This document shows, piece by piece, positions 57,568 through 64,000 of a DNA stretch of 64,000 nt. The notes beneath the pieces are model-generated. The model did not search any database. It saw only the letters and a program-made list of their open reading frames with translations, and was not told the origin of the DNA. The position numbers and the translations under genes are program-made. Numbering within the stretch: the first letter of the stretch is position 1; each line of letters opens with the position of its first letter. Source of the DNA: Polyangiaceae bacterium (lineage in GTDB: Bacteria; Myxococcota_A; Polyangia; Polyangiales; Polyangiaceae); contig JAPSGB010000014.1 in assembly GCA_035063585.1 (NCBI GenBank), forward strand, positions 35,533-99,532, in the 5' to 3' direction.

Positions 57568-59312
57568 TCGCGGCCATCCCGAGCGCGCCGGCGCCGACGG
57601 CTCCCGCCCAGGCGGCCGGCATCGTCGGCAAGGCGTGGCTCGCCATGGGGATCTACGGGCGCATCGCGCTCGTGGTCGCCGCGGCGACGCTCGTCGCCTG
57701 GCTCCTCGTGCTCGGTGTCCGCAGGCTCGGCAAGGGTGGGCGGCGGCATCTGCTGGCCGGAGCGACCGGGGTGTTCCTGATGGCGTTCGCCGGGCTCGCC
57801 GTCTGGGCACAGACGCTCCCGCAGCCCAAGGGCAGCTACTTCGTCTTGTGGCACCAGTTCGTGCGGGTGGGCGCGGCGCTCTCGGGGACCGCCTTCACCG
57901 TCGCGTTCATGGCGCTCGCGTTGCCCTGGGTGCTCGATCGTATCGAGGGCGGCGGGTTCGTGCCGTTCGTGGCGGCGCGCCACGTGCGAGCGACCAAGAG
58001 CGGATTTCTCACCGTGATCTCGGTGCTCAGCATCGCCGGCGTCGCGCTGAGCTCACTCGCGCTCTGCGCCGTAGTGAGCATCATGGGCGGCTTCGGCGCG
58101 GATCTGAAGCGAAAGATCCTCGGCAACAACGCTCACCTGCGGGTGCAGTCGACCGCGGTCGGCGGCTTCGATCACTGGCGGCCGGTGGTCGACGACGTCC
58201 GCCTGGTCTCGGGCGTCAAGGCCGCCACTCCGGTGGTGCAAGGGGAGGCGATGGCGTCGAGCTCCTCGAACACGGCGGGCGTGATCGTGCGCGGCATCGA
58301 TCCGAAGACCATCGGCACCGTCATCGACTTGGTGAACAACATCGAGGTCGGAGATTTTCGTTATCTCGACGACCCCGCCAAGCTCGCGAACCTGCCGCCG
58401 GACGAGGTGATCGGGCTCGGCCCGGGCGGTGAGAAGTACCGGAAGGGGCCGGACATCCGCCCCTACCTCGAAAATGGGCTCGACCACGACGTGAAGGCGG
58501 CCATGGTGCCGCCCGACAGCTATCCGGGGGTCGTCATCGGCCGTGAGCTCGCCAAGACGCTCCACGTCTACGTCGGCGACGAGGTGACCCTGGTCTCACC
58601 GCTCGGGGATCTCGGGCCGATGGGGGTCCTGCCGCGCACGCGTCGTTTTCGCGTGGCGGCGATCTTCTACAGCGGCATGTACGAGTACGATGCCGCGCAC
58701 GCCTACATGCGACTCGAGGACGCCCAGGACTTTCTCGACGTCAAGGGCCACATCACCGCGGTCGAGGTCAAGGTCGACGACGCCGAGAAGGTCGAGGCCG
58801 TCGACGCGCGGGTGAAGAGCGCGATCCATCGGGACGATCTCGAGATCCGCGACTGGAAGCAGATGAACAAGCGCCTCTTCTCGGCGCTCAAGCTCGAGCG
58901 CGTGGCGACCTTCGTCATCCTCTCCATCGCCATCGCGGTGGCGAGCTTCTGCATCATCTGCACGCTGCTCTTGATGGTGACCGAGAAGAGCAAGGAAATC
59001 GCCATCCTCAAGGCGATCGGCACCAGCGATCGCGCGATTTTGCGCGTGTTCATGACCGAGGGTGTGATCATTGGCGCGATCGGCACGGTGTTCGGCGTGG
59101 TGACGGGGCTCGCGCTCACCCTCAGCCTGCTCTGGCTCGGCGTCCGGCTGGATCCGGACGTCTATTACGTCGATCGGCTGCCCATCAACGTCGATCCGGT
59201 AGATTACACGCTGGTCGCGCTGTCGGCGCTCGCCATCACCACCATCGCCACCATCTATCCGGCCATCGCCGCGAGTCGACTTCGCCCCGTCGAGGGGATC
59301 CGCTACGAGTGA
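57564..59312 (+). CDS. LolC/E-family ABC permease with N-terminal membrane extension
   Basis: ISVLSIAGVAL...VVSIMGGF, GMYEYD, LFSALKLE, EK.KEIAILKAIG, P.EG.RYE. Confidence 0.9.
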   Translation: MIAAIPSAPAPTAPAQAAGIVGKAWLAMGIYGRIALVVAAATLVAWLLVLGVRRLGKGGRRHLLAGATGVFLMAFAGLAVWAQTLPQPKGSYFVLWHQFVRVGAALSGTAFTVAFMALALPWVLDRIEGGGFVPFVAARHVRATKSGFLTVISVLSIAGVALSSLALCAVVSIMGGFGADLKRKILGNNAHLRVQSTAVGGFDHWRPVVDDVRLVSGVKAATPVVQGEAMASSSSNTAGVIVRGIDPKTIGTVIDLVNNIEVGDFRYLDDPAKLANLPPDEVIGLGPGGEKYRKGPDIRPYLENGLDHDVKAAMVPPDSYPGVVIGRELAKTLHVYVGDEVTLVSPLGDLGPMGVLPRTRRFRVAAIFYSGMYEYDAAHAYMRLEDAQDFLDVKGHITAVEVKVDDAEKVEAVDARVKSAIHRDDLEIRDWKQMNKRLFSALKLERVATFVILSIAIAVASFCIICTLLLMVTEKSKEIAILKAIGTSDRAILRVFMTEGVIIGAIGTVFGVVTGLALTLSLLWLGVRLDPDVYYVDRLPINVDPVDYTLVALSALAITTIATIYPAIAASRLRPVEGIRYE

Positions 59313-59366
59313 GGCCGGCTCGGCGCGCAGCCGCGCCGGACCGGCAACCAGGGAGAGACGACCACA

Positions 59367-60119
59367 GTGACCGACGCGCTCGTCATCATCGAGGATCTCC
59401 ACAAGAGCTTCGAGCACATGGGGCGGACCCTCCAGGTGCTAAAGGGGATCGATCTCAGGATCTATGCTGGGCAGATCCTCAGCATCGTAGGGCCGAGCGG
59501 AGCTGGCAAGAGCACGCTCCTCCACTGCATCGGCACGCTCGACCTGCCGACCAGCGGGAAGATCCTGCTCGCCGGCGAGGAGCTCACCCAGATGAACTCG
59601 GCGCGGCTCGCCGCGGTGAGAAACCGCGAGATCGGGTTCGTCTTTCAGTTTCATCACCTCTTGCCGGAATTTACCGCGCTCGAGAACGTGATGATGCCCG
59701 GGATCATCCAGGGCCGCTCACGCAAGGAGATGGAGAAGCGCGCGCGGGTGCTCCTCGGTGAGGTGGGGCTCGGTGATCGCGGCACCCATCGCCCCGGCGA
59801 GCTGAGCGGTGGCGAGCAGCAGCGCGTGGCCGTCGCCCGGGCCCTCGCGCTCGATCCGAAGCTGGTGCTGGCGGACGAGCCTACCGGCAACCTCGACACG
59901 CAGACCAGCGAGGCCATTCACGAGCTCTTCTTCCAGATCAATCGGGAGCACGGCACGACCATCGTGGTGGTGACTCATAACCCGAGCTTCGCGGAGAGCA
60001 TGCCGCGCGTGGTCCGCATGGTGGACGGCAAGGTCGTGAAGGACGAACGCGGCACGGGCAACGCCGCGCGCGACGCCGCCGCGGCGAACCCCGCGGCCGT
60101 GGCCGAACCCGCGATTTGA
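59367..60119 (+). CDS. lolD: lipoprotein-releasing ABC ATPase LolD
   Basis: [47 protein letters not shown]. Confidence 0.92.
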   Translation: MTDALVIIEDLHKSFEHMGRTLQVLKGIDLRIYAGQILSIVGPSGAGKSTLLHCIGTLDLPTSGKILLAGEELTQMNSARLAAVRNREIGFVFQFHHLLPEFTALENVMMPGIIQGRSRKEMEKRARVLLGEVGLGDRGTHRPGELSGGEQQRVAVARALALDPKLVLADEPTGNLDTQTSEAIHELFFQINREHGTTIVVVTHNPSFAESMPRVVRMVDGKVVKDERGTGNAARDAAAANPAAVAEPAI

Positions 60120-60131
60120 GCCCACGCTCTC

Positions 60132-61163
60132 TCAGAGCGGCAGCACCAGGAGGGCGTCGCCCTCGGCGAGCCCGAGGTGTAAGATGGCCTCTTCGGGCAG
60201 GCGCACGCGTCCGTCACGCTCGAGCGCGCAGGGCGCGGTGATCGCGCGGAGCCACGGCGCTTCGCCGAGCTCGCGCGCGACGAGGGCGTTCGCGGTCGAG
60301 TCCCCCGGCGACACCGCGCCGGCCAGCCGCGCGCGGGCGGTGGCGCGGACCAGGCTGATCTCCTCGACCGGCGCGACGAAGTGCGGTCCGCCGTCGAAGG
60401 GATCGACCCGCTCGGCGTAGCGGAAGCCGATCCGGCGCAGCATCTTCTCGACCCCGCGCGTCTGCGCGCCGACCTTGCCAATGACGCCCTGCGCGCCGGG
60501 TGACAGCAACGTCGCGTAGATGTCGCCGGTCGGGAAGAGATCGCGGATGAAGCTCTTGTTCTCGCTCGAGAGCAAATCCGCCTCGGCGTAGCTCATGCCG
60601 GTGAAGCGACGGCCGAGCGCCTCCCATAGGTGGCTGGTGCCATCCGGCTCGAGCGGCGGCAGGAGCTCCGCCAGGATTTCGTTCTGGAAGAGCTCGCGGT
60701 GCGCCGCGATGAAGAGGAAGCGCACGTAGGAGATCATGAGCCCGAGGCGCTCGCTCGCGCGGCGGTAGCTCGGGTTCACGACCAGCCCGCCGATCTCGGT
60801 CGGGCCGTGATAGGAGAACCCAATCTTCAGCACCGTGTGCTGGAAGTACTTGTCGAGCGGTGCCGAGTATTTCTCCTCGCTGATGACGTCGAGGTAGATG
60901 TACGGCGCGTCGCGGCGGCCGAGCTGCGCGACGATCATCGAGGTCCCGACCGCGCAGCGCTCCTCGAGATCCCAGAGCACGAAGACGTACTTTCGGTGCC
61001 GGAGCTCCTTCAGCTTGCCCGAGAAGCTCCGAGTGGCGAGCTCGACCAGTCGCTCGACGTGCCCGCGGTGGTTCGGCAGGTTCACCGTGTCGAGAAATCC
61101 GGCGAGCCGGAGGAGCTCGGGCTCGTCTCCGGGGCTCGCTCCGCGGATCTCATAGCGGACCAT
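60132..61163 (-). CDS. astA: arginine N-succinyltransferase (AstA family)
   Basis: TVNLP, YVFVL.D, TEIGGL, RFLFIA.HRELF, AEL, WEALG..F..M.Y.EAD, IY..LL...AQ.VIG.V, VDPFDGGP. Confidence 0.85.
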   Translation of the reverse strand: MVRYEIRGASPGDEPELLRLAGFLDTVNLPNHRGHVERLVELATRSFSGKLKELRHRKYVFVLWDLEERCAVGTSMIVAQLGRRDAPYIYLDVISEEKYSAPLDKYFQHTVLKIGFSYHGPTEIGGLVVNPSYRRASERLGLMISYVRFLFIAAHRELFQNEILAELLPPLEPDGTSHLWEALGRRFTGMSYAEADLLSSENKSFIRDLFPTGDIYATLLSPGAQGVIGKVGAQTRGVEKMLRRIGFRYAERVDPFDGGPHFVAPVEEISLVRATARARLAGAVSPGDSTANALVARELGEAPWLRAITAPCALERDGRVRLPEEAILHLGLAEGDALLVLPL

Positions 61164-61231
61164 CGGCACCCTCCTAACACGGGCCGCGGCTTTCCGGGCG
61201 GCGGCCGGCGGGCCGTGCTAACAAGGCCCGC

Positions 61232-62080
61232 GTGAAGTCACCATTTGCCACATTTCGCGGCACGAGGAGCTACATCACGGATCCGGGGCTCGAGGCGGCA
61301 GTGAACGCCGCAGTGGCGCTCGAGCGCCCGCTGCTCGTGAAGGGTGAGCCGGGGACGGGCAAGACGCTGCTCGCCGCCGCCATCGCTGAGGCGATGGAGC
61401 ACGAGCTCATCCACTGGCCCGTGAAATCCACGACTCGCGCGCAAGACGGCCTCTACGTCTATGACACCGTGCAGCGCCTCTATGACGCACGTTTTGGGGA
61501 CGCCGGGCCGGAGGGCGTCAAGGACATCCGGCGCTATATCAAGTACGGGCCGCTCGGGCGCGCGCTCGCCGCCACGAAGCGGGTCATCTTGCTCATCGAT
61601 GAGGTCGACAAGGCGGATCTCGAATTCCCGAACGACCTACTCCACGAGCTCGATCGCATGCGCTTCGTGGTCGCCGAGACGGGCGACGAAGTGGTCGCCG
61701 GGCATCGCCCGGTGGTGATCATCACCAGCAACAACGAGAAGGAGCTCCCCGACGCCTTCTTGCGTCGCTGCGTCTTTCATTTCATCGATTTCCCCGAGCC
61801 CGACCTCATGAAACGCATCGTCCGCGTGCATCACCCGGACGTCGACGACGCGCTGGTCGAGCAGGCGATCGGCGCGTTCTACGAGGTGCGAGGCGTACCG
61901 CGCGTCCGCAAGCGGCCGAGCACCAGCGAGCTCATCGACTGGATCGCGGTCCTCGCGCGGGCCGGGGTCGGCGCGGAGCGGATCCGCGCGGAGCTGCCTT
62001 TCGGCGGCGTGCTCGTCAAGAAAGAGCAAGATCAGACCACCATCGCCGAGCACCGCGCCGGACGGACTCGCCGATGGTGA
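61232..62080 (+). CDS. MoxR-family AAA+ ATPase
   Basis: RPLLVKGEPGTGKT, LLIDEVDKAD.EFPNDLL.ELD, ITSNNEKELPDAFLRRC. Confidence 0.93.
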   Translation: MKSPFATFRGTRSYITDPGLEAAVNAAVALERPLLVKGEPGTGKTLLAAAIAEAMEHELIHWPVKSTTRAQDGLYVYDTVQRLYDARFGDAGPEGVKDIRRYIKYGPLGRALAATKRVILLIDEVDKADLEFPNDLLHELDRMRFVVAETGDEVVAGHRPVVIITSNNEKELPDAFLRRCVFHFIDFPEPDLMKRIVRVHHPDVDDALVEQAIGAFYEVRGVPRVRKRPSTSELIDWIAVLARAGVGAERIRAELPFGGVLVKKEQDQTTIAEHRAGRTRRW

Positions 62081-63858
62081 GCTCTCACGACCGGCGCCGG
62101 TCGCCGAGCGGGCTCATGGCGTTCGTCCTCGCGATGCTGGTGGTCGCGGGCATGGTGGGCGGAGCGCTCGCGCTCCGCCGCGCGCACGCCGGAACCGCGC
62201 CCCCGAGCTCGGAGGCGTGCGCCCGGGGAGACCGCGCGGCTTGCGAGGCGCGCTGCTCCGGCAGGGAGCCCGACTACGCCGCGTGCCTCGCGCTCGGTAA
62301 GCTGCTGAGCGAGGGGGACGCGACCAAGCGCAACGACGTCAGAGCGGTCGCGCTCTTCCGAAGCGCGTGCGATGCCGGCAACGCCGAGGCCTGCGGCCGG
62401 CTCGGCCGCGCCGAGTACAACGGCACCGGGATGCCGCGCGACGTGCTTGCGGCGGCGAAGAGCTTCGAGCGCGCCTGCGCGCTCAAGGATCCGCTCGGCT
62501 GCGCCGGGCTCGGGCACCTCGCGGTGCAGGGTCAGGGCGGCGTGAAGAAGGACCTCGCGCGAGCGCTCCAGCTCTTTCAGGAGTCCTGCCAGGCCGGTGA
62601 GCAACGCGGGTGCGCGTCCCTCGGGGTCGCGTACTTGAACGGGACGGGCATCGAGAAGAACGTCGAGCGCGCGTGGCAGCTCTTCAGCGCAGCCTGCGAC
62701 CAGAAGATCGACCGCGGCTGCGTGGGCAAGGGCGTCATCTTGTTCGATGGCCAGGGCAGCGTGAAGCGGGATGAGAAGGCCGCGGTCGCGCTCTTCGAGC
62801 GCGCGTGCCACGGCGATGCCAAAGACGGCTGCGTGTACCTCGCCATGGCGCACCTCGCCGGGCGCGGCGCGCCGCGGGATCTCGCAGCCGCGGTCGCGGA
62901 GCTCGAGCTCGCCTGCAAGGACGCTCCACCTGCCGGCTGCGCGGTGCTCGGCGAGCTCTACTCGAGCGGCCGCGCGATGCCGGCCGAGCCCGCGACCGCT
63001 GCGCGCTACTATCAGCGGGCGTGCGATCACGACCTGCCGGAGGGCTGCGTCGCGGTCGGGCGCGCCATGCTCACCGGCGCTCTCGGGCTGCCGCACGACG
63101 CGGCGAAGGGCGCCTCGCTCATCGCCGACGCTTGCAAGGCGGAGAGCCCCGCCGGGTGCACCCAGCTCGCGATGCTCGAGCTCATGGGCGCGGGCGACGT
63201 GCAGAAGGATCCGGAGAGCGCGCGGGCGCGCGCCGAGCGCGCGTGCGAAGGAGGGTTCTCGCCCGCCTGCACGCTGCTCGGCACGATGCACCTCCAGGGC
63301 ATCGGCAAGAAGCCGGATCCCACCTCGGCCGCGCCCTTCCTCGAGCGAGGCTGCAAGGGGGGCGACGGCGGGGGGTGCGCCTTCTACGGCGGGCTGCTCA
63401 TCGAGGGCGAAGGGGTGAAGAAGGACGTGGACCGGGGCCTCGGGCTCCTCGAGCAGTCCTGTCGCGCGCTCGGCTCGCTCCAAGGCTGCGCCATGTACGC
63501 GCGCGCGCTGGTGCTGGGCAGCAAGGGGAAGGAGGGTGCGAAGGAAGGTGTCCCGCTCGCCGAGGACCTCTGCCGCTCGGGCGAGCTCAGCTCGTGCATG
63601 CTCGCCGCTGGCGGCTACGCGTCCGGCCGCGGCGTGGAGCGCGACACGGTGCAGGCCGCGCGGCTGGTGGCCTTCGCGTGCAAGGGAGGGCTCGAGCCCG
63701 CGTGCTCCCTGAAGAAGAAGCTCCCTGCCGCCGACGTGAAGCAGGCCGAGGAGACGCTCGACCAGCTCACCGCCGCGCCGGCGCCCTCGTCCTCGGCGTC
63801 GGCGCGCGCGCTCCCTGCCGCCCCGCCGAGCGCGCCGCTCGGGCTCTCGCCGAACTGA
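62074..63858 (+). CDS. Sel1-like repeat protein (Cys-paired, Hcp-type)
   Basis: N-terminal TM; about a dozen G.G...D...A...F..AC..G....C..LG repeats. Confidence 0.92.
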   Translation: MVSSHDRRRSPSGLMAFVLAMLVVAGMVGGALALRRAHAGTAPPSSEACARGDRAACEARCSGREPDYAACLALGKLLSEGDATKRNDVRAVALFRSACDAGNAEACGRLGRAEYNGTGMPRDVLAAAKSFERACALKDPLGCAGLGHLAVQGQGGVKKDLARALQLFQESCQAGEQRGCASLGVAYLNGTGIEKNVERAWQLFSAACDQKIDRGCVGKGVILFDGQGSVKRDEKAAVALFERACHGDAKDGCVYLAMAHLAGRGAPRDLAAAVAELELACKDAPPAGCAVLGELYSSGRAMPAEPATAARYYQRACDHDLPEGCVAVGRAMLTGALGLPHDAAKGASLIADACKAESPAGCTQLAMLELMGAGDVQKDPESARARAERACEGGFSPACTLLGTMHLQGIGKKPDPTSAAPFLERGCKGGDGGGCAFYGGLLIEGEGVKKDVDRGLGLLEQSCRALGSLQGCAMYARALVLGSKGKEGAKEGVPLAEDLCRSGELSSCMLAAGGYASGRGVERDTVQAARLVAFACKGGLEPACSLKKKLPAADVKQAEETLDQLTAAPAPSSSASARALPAAPPSAPLGLSPN

Positions 63859-64000
63859 GCGTCTGCGCCGAGGCGCGCGCCCAGCTCCGCTCGGTAGTCG
63901 GGCCGGGCGGGTGAAGGAATCCGACGCGTGATGGAGGACTTGCGTTGGCTGGAGCCGGGCGCGGGGTGCGGAGCACAAATTCGCAATCGCGCTTGGACTT

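Overview
Very GC-rich bacterial chromosome segment, most likely Myxococcota (Polyangiales-like), inferred from MYXO-CTERM tails, many Cys-rich lipoproteins and Gly/Ala/Pro linkers. About 53 CDSs are supportable. Housekeeping genes: dusB, fumC, glmU, ribA, holA, ribF, prfB with its programmed +1 frameshift, lysS, lolC/E and lolD. Other content: a receptor-less chemosensory operon (cheY-cheA-cheW-cheW-HEAT-cheR-cheB), two Hsp20 genes plus degP, several exported peptidoglycan hydrolases and a decayed IS4-family transposase. No rRNA, tRNA or CRISPR array was seen. Best candidates for undescribed systems: (1) a three-gene lipoprotein cassette (Cys/Asp metal-binding-repeat protein, Cys-rich lipoprotein, 7+2-heme cytochrome c) lying antisense between prfB and lysS; (2) an exported TldD/TldE-like protease pair behind a TolC-like gene; (3) a FadL-type porin paired with an unknown 1290-aa lipoprotein. 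Also noted: a possible clade II nosZ 5' end with an FNR-like box at the left edge, orphan palindromic operators, and repeated signs of leaderless transcription. All product calls come from motif recognition by eye; no database search was run.
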